A stretch of 43,649 bases of DNA from a virus. Lineage: Duplodnaviria; Caudoviricetes. Positions 1-7,292 of this stretch are shown here, one piece after another. The DNA lies in the IMG/VR virus record IMGVR_UViG_3300022602_000179, positions 1 through 43,649 of that record; one strand, given 5' to 3'. The notes beneath the pieces were generated by a model. The model ran no database searches, was not told where the DNA came from, and was given only the letters and a program-made list of their open reading frames with translations. The position numbers and the translations under genes were made by a program. The first letter of the stretch is position 1. Every line of letters starts with the position of its first letter.

Positions 1-129
1 GATGGGGTATATCGAAAGTATCGAAGCTTTAAGGCTACTTATAGTATTAATAGATGGATACCATATACTACAATAAATAGAAATACTTCCAGATACAATC
101 TAAGTCATGATTATGGTTTAAGTTGTTAA
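1..129 (+). CDS. 3' end of a CHAP/amidase-type endolysin (partial; probably the continuation of the ORF starting at 43420)
   Basis: Frame 1 reads DGVYRKYRSFKATYSINRWI...SC* with stop at 127-129. GDGVYRK is the typical C-terminal motif of Bacteroidota CHAP-like lysins. Confidence 0.7.
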   Translation, partial: DGVYRKYRSFKATYSINRWIPYTTINRNTSRYNLSHDYGLSC

Positions 130-153
130 TCTGAAATTTAATACCGGTTATAT

Positions 154-185
154 AAAAAGCCGCTTCTTAATTGAAGCGGCTTTTT
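154..185. terminator. Bidirectional intrinsic terminator between lysin and integrase
   Basis: AAAAAGCCGCTTC-TTAATT-GAAGCGGCTTTTT: perfect stem with A and T tails, between convergent genes. Confidence 0.85.
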
Positions 186-187
186 CA

Positions 188-1381
188 TTAAAATGAATTA
201 GCGACTGTTTTTAATCTTTGATGACTCCTTTCTTTCTCTCCATGGGTATAATGCTTCATTGTAACAACTGTAGTAGTATGAGCTGCCATTTTTGCAGCAG
301 CTTGTATATCTAACAGGGCTGCTGTTTCATCCAGATTCAAATGTTTAAGACTATAAAAATCAGCTGTAATACCTAATGGGATTTTAACCCATCTTTCCCA
401 CCTGTTTGTAATTTGACGAGGGCTAATAGATACTTTGCCAGGAATAAGCCCTTTGCTAAATATATAATCATTCTTATCACATACTTTGAGAAGCTCCTCC
501 CAAAAAGGCAAAGCGATGTCTTTAATTGTACGATCAGTCCAATTTGAATTATTACCCTTTAATACCATAATTTTATATTGTTGTCTGACAAGATCAACAT
601 CTTTTGCCTGGATCCTCATTAGCTCACTCTCCCTAGCACCTGAATGAAAGAAGATCTGAAGGAATCTCCAGAATGTATAGTTTTTTTCCTTCAGATGTTT
701 GCCAACTAGAATTCTTTGTTCCGGTGTAAGAATTTCTCGACTCTTAACTATATGTTTTTGTTTCTTAATACCAAGTACCGGGTTAACATCAATTGCATCA
801 TATTCCATCAGGATATTAAATAACATCATCAAATGTGCTCGGTAATAATTATATTGATTTGCAGACCATTTTTCTTTAATGGTACCTAGATTATCCAGCA
901 GTAATTTGATATGCTTTTTCTTAATCTGGCTAACAGGTAATATATTAAATCGTAAATTTTTTGCGGCTTCCTGAGTGTATTTAATAACAGACCTTATATC
1001 AAGAGCGGTTTGGCTTCCGACTTTGATTTTACTTTGTGCAAATACAATGGCCTGACTTAATGGAGTATTGGGTTCAATCTCACTATTTATTGGTACGCTT
1101 GTAGTTTTTGTAATGGGGTTATATCCTTCTTTCTGAAGAGCAAAAAGCAATTCTTCTTTTAGGATTTTAATACCACTCCTTCTTTCCTCCAGTGTTTTAA
1201 ATTTATTTATGCCACCCTTTTTAATCCGGAGTGATCCATAAGGATATTTTTCCTTAAATACCGGATCGAAGAAATAATACTGAATATACCAGTCCTTTTT
1301 TGTAGAGGCACCAGCTTTATCCCAATTTGGAGGATAAACAGAAAGATCGCTGCAAGTGCAGCCATTTTGTAATTGTAGCAT
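188..1381 (-). CDS. int: Tyrosine recombinase (phage integrase)
   Basis: Catalytic-type motifs SGARESE (R), FYSLKH (HxxR variant), MAAH (H) and KHY (Y). Likely start is ATG at 1381 (MLQLQNG); the ORF-track TTG/GTG extension runs into the terminator. Confidence 0.9.
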   Translation of the reverse strand: MLQLQNGCTCSDLSVYPPNWDKAGASTKKDWYIQYYFFDPVFKEKYPYGSLRIKKGGINKFKTLEERRSGIKILKEELLFALQKEGYNPITKTTSVPINSEIEPNTPLSQAIVFAQSKIKVGSQTALDIRSVIKYTQEAAKNLRFNILPVSQIKKKHIKLLLDNLGTIKEKWSANQYNYYRAHLMMLFNILMEYDAIDVNPVLGIKKQKHIVKSREILTPEQRILVGKHLKEKNYTFWRFLQIFFHSGARESELMRIQAKDVDLVRQQYKIMVLKGNNSNWTDRTIKDIALPFWEELLKVCDKNDYIFSKGLIPGKVSISPRQITNRWERWVKIPLGITADFYSLKHLNLDETAALLDIQAAAKMAAHTTTVVTMKHYTHGEKERSHQRLKTVANSF

Positions 1382-1435
1382 TTCTATTAACTTTTTTATT
1401 AACGATAATAATGCTACAAAGCAAGAGTGTGATAA

Positions 1436-1476
1436 GAAAAAAAGGTGAAACACTTGCTATGCTTATGTTTCACCTT
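1436..1476 (-). terminator. Terminator directly after the tRNA fragment
   Basis: On the minus strand AAGGTGAAACA...TGTTTCACCTT is followed by a T run. It would terminate the reconstituted host tRNA after integration. Confidence 0.75.
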
Positions 1477-1477
1477 A

Positions 1478-1520
1478 GCTCCCAAAACTGGACTTGAACC
1501 AGTGACCCTCTGATTAACAG
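1478..1520 (-). mobile_element. attP core: 3' half of tRNA-Asn(GTT)
   Basis: Reverse complement CTGTTAATCAGAGGGTCACTGGTTCAAGTCCAGTTTTGGGAGC contains the anticodon loop CTGTTAA, the T-arm ACTGG-TTCAAGT-CCAGT and the 3' acceptor strand. No 5' half is present. Confidence 0.85.
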
Positions 1521-1627
1521 AGCGTTATTGGTATTTTGGAAACTCTATAACTCAAGCCTGTAGCGCATTTTAAAAATTCAAATTCAATCAGATTGCCATT
1601 TTTTCATTAACTCTATTAACGAAACTA

Positions 1628-2017
1628 TTAACCCCTTTTTTTGCTGTTTTTGGACTGATTCACCATAAGCTGTATGCCGTCCACGATATCTTCCAACTCG
1701 GTTACTCTTTTATCCAAAGCTTCACAAGTAGCTTTAATATCCGCAATACTCATCATTTCACCTTCACCGGTAATAAGCCAATTAGCTGATATCTTGTAAT
1801 GATCACATAACCTGGCGCATGCTTCAACTGTTACAGAATTCTCACCTGTTGTTTCCCTCAATCGGTTAAGGTTACTGCTTTTAATGCCTACAACATCTCC
1901 AAAGGCTTGTGCTGTCACTTTTCCATTACTTCTGTTAGCTAATACTCTATCCATAGCCAGAAGGAAACGCTGCGTAATATGATAGCTGAAGTATTTTTTA
2001 TCTGTAATGTCGAGCAT
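1628..2017 (-). CDS. XRE/CI-like HTH protein with C-terminal coiled coil
   Basis: HTH-like TAQAFGDVVGIKSSNLNRL and the CI-type motif ISANWLITGEGEM. No peptidase domain. Confidence 0.7.
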   Translation of the reverse strand: MLDITDKKYFSYHITQRFLLAMDRVLANRSNGKVTAQAFGDVVGIKSSNLNRLRETTGENSVTVEACARLCDHYKISANWLITGEGEMMSIADIKATCEALDKRVTELEDIVDGIQLMVNQSKNSKKRG

Positions 2018-2019
2018 GG

Positions 2020-2202
2020 TTATTTATCCAGTCTTTTTAATATCAGTATCAAAGCCGGTATAATTGGAGTTATAAATAATGCTGATAAAAAAAACAGTAC
2101 TCCATTCTGTTTTAATTTTTTAGCTTCTGCATAAATTTCTAAGCAGCATAACAGATAAAATACTCCAGAAATAGCTAATACAATATCATAAATTGATTCC
2201 AT
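2020..2202 (-). CDS. Small membrane protein (2 TM)
   Basis: Two hydrophobic stretches; tightly packed in the cI operon. Confidence 0.6.
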   Translation of the reverse strand: MESIYDIVLAISGVFYLLCCLEIYAEAKKLKQNGVLFFLSALFITPIIPALILILKRLDK

Positions 2203-2213
2203 AAATTTTAATT

Positions 2214-2471
2214 TTATTTTGTAGTTAATAATTTAGAAAACACAATAGGGTCAAACCCTTTTTTGTTGCAATATTTTATAAGTTTTTCATAGGTTAAATT
2301 AGGGTCTGAATTTGGATAATAATGTTGAGTATCAGAACTGTCATAATGCGTAAACATCAAATTTGAATTATGTACAAGAATTCTCATTCTAATATTTGAT
2401 TGCTCGTCCTCAGATATTCCAGATTTACAAGAAACAAATAGGATTGTAACTAATACTAATAGCTGTTTCAT
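2214..2471 (-). CDS. Lipoprotein
   Basis: Signal peptide II MKQLLVLVTILFVS-C from ATG at 2471. Confidence 0.65.
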   Translation of the reverse strand: MKQLLVLVTILFVSCKSGISEDEQSNIRMRILVHNSNLMFTHYDSSDTQHYYPNSDPNLTYEKLIKYCNKKGFDPIVFSKLLTTK

Positions 2472-2475
2472 AAGT

Positions 2476-2772
2476 CTATTTTTTAGAAACCTCACCTAGT
2501 TTACCAGTACAAATATTATTTTTATCAAACTTTAGTTTAATGGCATATTTAGTGGCACTCCAAGTATAAGCCATTCCATCGGTTAACGATTCACTTGTAG
2601 ATGGGTTTCCAGCTATTGAACTTATTTCATTTAATGACTTACCTGTCATATTGCCAAGTTTGATAAACTTTTTATTTAATGCTGTTGATTGCATTGGTCC
2701 AGAAAATCGCTTATAAATTAATGAAATAAGTCCAATTCCTACAACAATTAATGCTAAGTCTCCAATGTCCAT
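2476..2772 (-). CDS. Membrane-anchored protein with BLIP/SmpA-like small domain
   Basis: N-terminal TM, then a GKSLNEI..IAGNPS...YTW...LKFD pattern. Confidence 0.55.
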   Translation of the reverse strand: MDIGDLALIVVGIGLISLIYKRFSGPMQSTALNKKFIKLGNMTGKSLNEISSIAGNPSTSESLTDGMAYTWSATKYAIKLKFDKNNICTGKLGEVSKK

Positions 2773-2795
2773 AAATGTATATTTTAGATGACGAA

Positions 2796-3470
2796 TTAAG
2801 TTCTTTTATTAAGCAAGCCATGAATAAGCCATACGTTTTTTATTTTCTCCTTTGGTATTTCAAAATCATCATAGAATTCATTTTCTGATTTTAAAAGGAA
2901 ATGACTATTCTCTTTTTTACTTTTCCGAATGTATTTCAGATATCTTCTATTATCAATACATACTATGCCGTATATCTGTCCATATTCTAAATGGCTGGTC
3001 CAATCTTCAATCTTAGTTGCAAATACAATACTACCACTTTTTATTGATGGCTCCATACTGTCTCCATAAGCTCTAAATGCTACAGTGCCGGCGAACTCTG
3101 GAATATCCATTGTATAAGCCGAATTAATCATTTTGGTGTCATCAAAGAATTCTATTGAGTTTCCGGCTGAAAAATCTGCTTCAGTAAACATTATGGTATC
3201 TTTATTTCCGTTTAGTTTTTTAGTTAATAGGGTTTTATGGAATGGTTTAGTTACTAAAAACTCTTTTGGGATTTCATCCCATTCCATTATTACTTCCAAA
3301 GACTTACCAAAATAATTTTCAATTATAAGTTTATCTTCATGTCTTGGACCTTGGTCATTTAATTCCCATTTTCTTAAACGCTCAGAGTCAACACCAATAA
3401 GGTCTGCAAGCTTCTTAGCAGATATTTTAGCATTGTTTCTAAGTCTCTTTATTTCAGTTCCAAATCCCAT
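2796..3470 (-). CDS. cI: CI-like repressor (XRE HTH plus S24 peptidase)
   Basis: N-terminal HTH, GDSMEP catalytic Ser, YLKYI Lys and LKSENEFY; divergent from a small HTH gene. Confidence 0.9.
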   Translation of the reverse strand: MGFGTEIKRLRNNAKISAKKLADLIGVDSERLRKWELNDQGPRHEDKLIIENYFGKSLEVIMEWDEIPKEFLVTKPFHKTLLTKKLNGNKDTIMFTEADFSAGNSIEFFDDTKMINSAYTMDIPEFAGTVAFRAYGDSMEPSIKSGSIVFATKIEDWTSHLEYGQIYGIVCIDNRRYLKYIRKSKKENSHFLLKSENEFYDDFEIPKEKIKNVWLIHGLLNKRT

Positions 3471-3497
3471 AAAATTAAAAATGTGGATAACTTTAAT

Positions 3498-3553
3498 TTG
3501 GTAATTATTGGTAATGTTACCAAAACTTCCAATATATTTGCACTACAAATTTA
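3498..3553. promoter_or_regulatory. Genetic switch: operator repeats and overlapping divergent Bacteroidota -7 boxes
   Basis: TTGGTAA x2 followed by inverted TTACCAA/TTCCAA (3498-3532). TATATTTG (+) at 3533-3540 and TAAATTTG (-) at 3546-3553. Confidence 0.7.
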
Positions 3554-3574
3554 CAACAAATAAAAGATATTGAA

Positions 3575-3778
3575 ATGACAATACCAAAAACACAGATTGA
3601 CGAATGGAAGGAATTACAAACTGCTGATGACTGTGCAAAGATTGCAGGACTAGCAGATGTGCATGAAGAAACTGTAAGAAGAGTATTAAGAGACGGTGAA
3701 ACTAAAAACTTCGATTTGTTCCTGAAAATTAAGGAATACTACAAGCAAAAAAAAGAACTGATTAATTCAGCAGAATAA
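3575..3778 (+). CDS. cro: Cro-like HTH protein
   Basis: IAGLADVHEETVRRVL HTH; first gene divergent from cI. Confidence 0.7.
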   Translation: MTIPKTQIDEWKELQTADDCAKIAGLADVHEETVRRVLRDGETKNFDLFLKIKEYYKQKKELINSAE

Positions 3779-3790
3779 ATAAACCTGACT

Positions 3791-3997
3791 ATGGGTACCG
3801 AAAAACAAATAACTGAAATGATAAACGAATTACGCTTCATAGAGGCTCATTGCCAAACTATAGAGCAAAGATGCTGCAAAGCAAGAGTGAAACTGGAGAA
3901 GCTCTCTTCTCCAGCTCCCTCACGGGGGAAAAGTGCTCTTTCGGTAGATCAGGAAAATAAATTGAGGGCTAATGTCAGGAAATCACTTTTTAAATAA
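3791..3997 (+). CDS. Hypothetical early protein
   Basis: ORF in the early operon, on the operon strand. Confidence 0.6.
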   Translation: MGTEKQITEMINELRFIEAHCQTIEQRCCKARVKLEKLSSPAPSRGKSALSVDQENKLRANVRKSLFK

Positions 3998-4006
3998 AAC
4001 AATTGT

Positions 4007-4306
4007 ATGCTAAGAGAATTCACAGTAACAAGTTACGATCACAATAATGAGATTGTAAAAAAGCTAAAAGAAAGAATTGAATGGAGTAATTTATCTGTTC
4101 AACCAATAACATTCAGCGACATAATAAGTTGGCTTAGAGTTGAATTGGTTCAGGTCAGTACCACCACCGGTATGACATTCAAATTCGATGAAGAAAACAG
4201 ACATATCACCATCAAGGGTGAACTTGGAAATGTCGTAGCTGCTGTGAAGGAAGAAGTTGAAGCAGATGAAATAAAATCCGTTCGTAAATTTTTAAAAGCA
4301 TCATAA
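4007..4306 (+). CDS. Hypothetical early protein
   Basis: ORF with TAATG coupling to the next gene. Confidence 0.6.
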   Translation: MLREFTVTSYDHNNEIVKKLKERIEWSNLSVQPITFSDIISWLRVELVQVSTTTGMTFKFDEENRHITIKGELGNVVAAVKEEVEADEIKSVRKFLKAS

Positions 4307-4569
4307 TGACAAAGCAACTATTGATAGACTACACTTTACCTAGTGAGTATAATAAAAAACCGGAACTGGAAGTTCATGTTGTGGCAAATGGAATTGGCAG
4401 CATTACTGAAGACGGAAATCCTTGTTTTGAAACAACAATGCTGACTGTTACCCCGGCGCATGGCCTGATGCATATTTCTGACAATATGAAAGTTTTCCAT
4501 GAAATAAATATTGCCGGATTAAATGCCTATAAGCAATTATTGAAAGCTGCCAAAATCATTTTAAACTAA
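4306..4569 (+). CDS. Hypothetical early protein
   Basis: Translationally coupled ORF. Confidence 0.6.
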   Translation: MTKQLLIDYTLPSEYNKKPELEVHVVANGIGSITEDGNPCFETTMLTVTPAHGLMHISDNMKVFHEINIAGLNAYKQLLKAAKIILN

Positions 4570-4585
4570 TTATAAAACGATTGTT

Positions 4586-4777
4586 ATGTTAGGAATAAAC
4601 ACCACACCACATCCATCACCGGAACAAATGAATGCTTTTCAAATTGAGCATTACAGGAATCGTGTATTGAATGCTGAATCTGAAGATGCAAAACGTTACG
4701 CACTCAGTCAATTGCGATTAATTGACAGGAGAAATAAAAGTGGGTTAACAAAGTCGGGAATGAAGATTTTAAACTAG
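4586..4777 (+). CDS. Hypothetical early protein
   Basis: ORF in operon. Confidence 0.55.
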   Translation: MLGINTTPHPSPEQMNAFQIEHYRNRVLNAESEDAKRYALSQLRLIDRRNKSGLTKSGMKILN

Positions 4778-4809
4778 GATTTATTTTTTAATCATAAAAC
4801 GCAAAAACA

Positions 4810-5175
4810 ATGCATGTAAAAAAGTTCTACGATGACAATGGTGCCAGTGCACCTGGTCCACAAGTAAGTAATGATGCTCAGAGTGCAACTCCTGAAGCTT
4901 CACCTGCACCTGCTCAGGAAGACGTACCTGATGCAACACCAGCAGCAACTCCTGCACAGGATGCTACTCCTGCACAGGTAGAAGAAACTCCTGTAGATGT
5001 TACGCCAGCTCCTATTGATGAAGCTCCGGTTCAGGAAGAAAGTTTCGTTGAAAAACTTGAAGACAAGTTGGAAGAAATTGGAGAGGAAATTAAGGAGGGT
5101 GTTGAGCATGTAGTTGAAGAAGTGAAGGAATTCTTCAAGGGTGACGATGAAGAAGATGCTGCACAAACGGTTTAG
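4810..5175 (+). CDS. Highly acidic, Pro/Ala-rich low-complexity protein
   Basis: ATPAQ/PAQE repeats followed by a Glu-rich helix; A-rich leader. Confidence 0.7.
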   Translation: MHVKKFYDDNGASAPGPQVSNDAQSATPEASPAPAQEDVPDATPAATPAQDATPAQVEETPVDVTPAPIDEAPVQEESFVEKLEDKLEEIGEEIKEGVEHVVEEVKEFFKGDDEEDAAQTV

Positions 5176-5179
5176 TTTT

Positions 5180-5314
5180 TTGCTAATGGGTTAGCAATCC
5201 CCGGTGTGACTTCGTTGGCTATCCGGGGGCAAAATAGAAGTTCTTTTTAAATAGTTTCATATGGCTTACAACTATCGTTAGATAGCCCATCCGTCTCTAC
5301 GGCTTGGGGCTTTT
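5180..5314 (+). ncRNA. Run of GC-rich hairpins (putative structured RNA/leader)
   Basis: TTGCTAA/TTAGCAA 5180-5197; CCCCGG/CCGGGG 5199-5228; AGCCC..CCGT-CTCT-ACGG..GGGCT followed by TTT 5284-5314. Confidence 0.45.
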
Positions 5315-5318
5315 AAAT

Positions 5319-5379
5319 GGGGAGTTGACAGAAGTGGATATTGTTGAAATAATTTGAGGTTCGAATCCTCAACTCTCCA
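5319..5379 (+). tRNA. tRNA-like RNA lacking the anticodon arm, with alanine acceptor identity
   Basis: Acceptor GGGGAGT/ACTCTCC plus A73; D-arm ACAG-AAGTGGATA-TTGT; 10-nt linker TGAAATAATT; T-arm TGAGG-TTCGAAT-CCTCA; no encoded CCA. Confidence 0.75.
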
Positions 5380-5396
5380 CAATCAATCGGCACAGC

Positions 5397-5465
5397 CGGA
5401 TCGGTGAGCAAAAGGTGAACAGCGACCTTAAAAGGCTGATTAGTTCTTACCATGATCCGAAAGGA
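5397..5465 (+). ncRNA. Putative multi-stem RNA
   Basis: Outer helix CGGATC-GGTGAG / CTTACC-AT-GATCCG enclosing AGGT/ACCT and GGCT/AGTT hairpins. Alternative TCC-GAAA-GGA GNRA hairpin. Confidence 0.4.
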
Positions 5466-5482
5466 TTATGAGTTTACCAACG

Positions 5483-5515
5483 GCTGCCTACTGCATAGGT
5501 GGGCAGCAATTTTTT
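5483..5515 (+). terminator. Intrinsic terminator
   Basis: GCTGCCTAC...GTGGGCAGC followed by AATTTTTT. Confidence 0.7.
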
Positions 5516-5537
5516 AAAACAAGTAAAAAGTTAAGCT

Positions 5538-5726
5538 ATGAAACGAGCTACTCATTACATAGAAGTTTATAAAAACAGAAACGGTTTAATTAATAATGGT
5601 GGAATCATCAGTATAAAGTGGTTTCATTTATTAGGAATAAAAGTAATAGGATGGGAAACCATTGCAATTTTCAGAATAAAATATAAGAAGAATGAAGGCA
5701 TTACTCAACGCATTGAAAATAACTAA
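5538..5726 (+). CDS. Hypothetical protein
   Basis: ORF after the terminator, with an A-rich leader. Confidence 0.5.
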   Translation: MKRATHYIEVYKNRNGLINNGGIISIKWFHLLGIKVIGWETIAIFRIKYKKNEGITQRIENN

Positions 5727-5805
5727 TCATCCATACTCCTGGATTTTACCAGTGGTGGTGATTATGGGATTAATATTTTTTACGATTAAATCAATTATAG
5801 AATGA
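5692..5805 (+). CDS. Small single-TM peptide (37 aa; absent from ORF track)
   Basis: MKALLNALKITNHPYSWILPVVVIMGLIFFTIKSIIE*; ATGA overlap with the next ORF. Confidence 0.45.
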   Translation: MKALLNALKITNHPYSWILPVVVIMGLIFFTIKSIIE

Positions 5806-5897
5806 ATTCAATTCAATTAACACTCCTTTTTGTTGCCCTGATATGGCATACAATTGAAGGAACAAAAGCTAACCAATGGAACAAGAATCACAGGTAA
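5802..5897 (+). CDS. Small hydrophobic peptide (31 aa; absent from ORF track)
   Basis: MNSIQLTLLFVALIWHTIEGTKANQWNKNHR*; coupled start. Confidence 0.35.
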   Translation: MNSIQLTLLFVALIWHTIEGTKANQWNKNHR

Positions 5898-6082
5898 TAA
5901 AGGAATTAAGGAAAGCCAATTACTATACACATATTGGTAGATACATACATGTTAATCTTGATCAGGGAGTACCGGAATCAGAAATTATAGACTATCTGAA
6001 GGATAGCTATAAGGATAATCAATTTGCAACAAAGCTTGCACTTGCTGATGGGATTGAATACTTAGAAAAATTAATATCATGA
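5876..6082 (+). CDS. Hypothetical protein
   Basis: ORF with ATGA overlap to the next gene. Confidence 0.55.
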   Translation: MEQESQVIKELRKANYYTHIGRYIHVNLDQGVPESEIIDYLKDSYKDNQFATKLALADGIEYLEKLIS

Positions 6083-6258
6083 GTTACGAAAGCTGGCAAG
6101 AAGAAAGATTTGGAAATGTACTTGGTAAAGACGACACAATCAACATTTACCATCTGGAAGATAATTACGACAACAACGTAGAAGTTAAAGAAATTGATCA
6201 TGAAAAATTCATAACTGATATTGAATTTATTGAGTTGGAGAAACTGGAAAATAATTAA
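6079..6258 (+). CDS. Small acidic protein (59 aa; absent from ORF track)
   Basis: MSYESWQEERFGNVLGKDD...IELEKLENN*; coupled by ATGA. Confidence 0.55.
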   Translation: MSYESWQEERFGNVLGKDDTINIYHLEDNYDNNVEVKEIDHEKFITDIEFIELEKLENN

Positions 6259-6261
6259 AAT

Positions 6262-6292
6262 AAAAAAGCCTCTGGTACCAACAGAGGCAATT
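6262..6292. terminator. Hairpin upstream of recT
   Basis: AAAAAAGCCTCTG-GTACCAA-CAGAGGC; the U-tail is on the minus strand. Confidence 0.45.
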
Positions 6293-6316
6293 AATCACTA
6301 ATAAATAGTAAATAAA

Positions 6317-7267
6317 ATGAGTACAAATGTAGGAAAAGTTGGCTTAGTTCAAAAATTAGAACAAACAAGCCCATCGCAGATAGTTAATCTGCCAGAAGTT
6401 GCTAACAGGTTTAAAGACCTATATGCCATCATGAATGGCGGCAATAATAAGACTGCTGAAATTAAGTACGAGTCTGAAAAATTCCACTTTGCAAAGCTGA
6501 TTCAGGACAATAAACCATTGCAGGAATGTACAAAGCTTTCTCTGTATGGTTGCTTCCTTGATATGGCAGTTAATGGTTTGTCATTTGACACAGCTATGAA
6601 GCACGCCTATGTGGTTGCTTTCGCTAATAATGTAGGTACCAGAGATAATCCTAAGTGGGAAAAGAGAGCAACATTAATGGTGTCAGGTTACGGAGAGCTT
6701 CATATCCGTACTGCACAGGGACAAATTAAATACGCTGATAATCCGATCTTAGTGTATGAAGGAGATATGTTTAAGCATGGAACTAAGGATGGTAAAGTAT
6801 TTCTGGAGCATCTTGCGACATACCCAAGAACATCAGATAACATAATTGCCTGTTATATCAGACTGGAACGTCCCGATTCTACAGTTGATTACAAAGTACT
6901 ATCCATTGAAGAAATAATGAAGTTAAAGAAGTTCAGCAAGGATCCTAACAGTAAGGCATGGACTGATGGACTGCCAGGAATGGTGCAAGCTAAGACTATC
7001 AAACACGCCTTCCGTTCATATCCTAAAGTAAAGCTCGGTCAATTCTCACAACTACAGTCTGAAACTATAGAAGCAGAACCGGAAAGAGTAATTGACTACG
7101 GTATTGATGAAACAGAACTTCCACCAGCTAAAGGAACATTTACACCGGTAATGGTTGTAGAGCCTGTTAAGCAACAGCGACCGCAGCCTGTTAATGATGA
7201 TGATTTCGCAGAACCTGCAGCACGTAATGAAAGCAATTCGGTAAGTCATGAAGATGATGATTTCTAA
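6317..7267 (+). CDS. recT: RecT/Redbeta-type ssDNA annealing recombinase
   Basis: CTKLSLYGCFLD..NGL, AYVVAF, VYEGD and MVQAKTIKHAF motifs; acidic tail. Confidence 0.85.
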   Translation: MSTNVGKVGLVQKLEQTSPSQIVNLPEVANRFKDLYAIMNGGNNKTAEIKYESEKFHFAKLIQDNKPLQECTKLSLYGCFLDMAVNGLSFDTAMKHAYVVAFANNVGTRDNPKWEKRATLMVSGYGELHIRTAQGQIKYADNPILVYEGDMFKHGTKDGKVFLEHLATYPRTSDNIIACYIRLERPDSTVDYKVLSIEEIMKLKKFSKDPNSKAWTDGLPGMVQAKTIKHAFRSYPKVKLGQFSQLQSETIEAEPERVIDYGIDETELPPAKGTFTPVMVVEPVKQQRPQPVNDDDFAEPAARNESNSVSHEDDDF

Positions 7268-7292
7268 TTTTTAAACAATCAATTTATACAAA

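Larger units (their letters stand above)
1384..1632. repeat. Putative integrase arm-type sites (YTATTAAC) on both sides of the att core
   Basis: CTATTAAC 1384-1391 and TTATTAACGA 1396-1405 on one side. TCATTAAC 1604-1611, CTATTAACGA 1613-1622 and CTATTAAC 1625-1632 on the other. Confidence 0.6.

Noticed and set aside
1478-1520. Functional tRNA-Asn gene
   Set aside because: The 5' half (acceptor 5' strand, D-arm) is absent; it is an att core.
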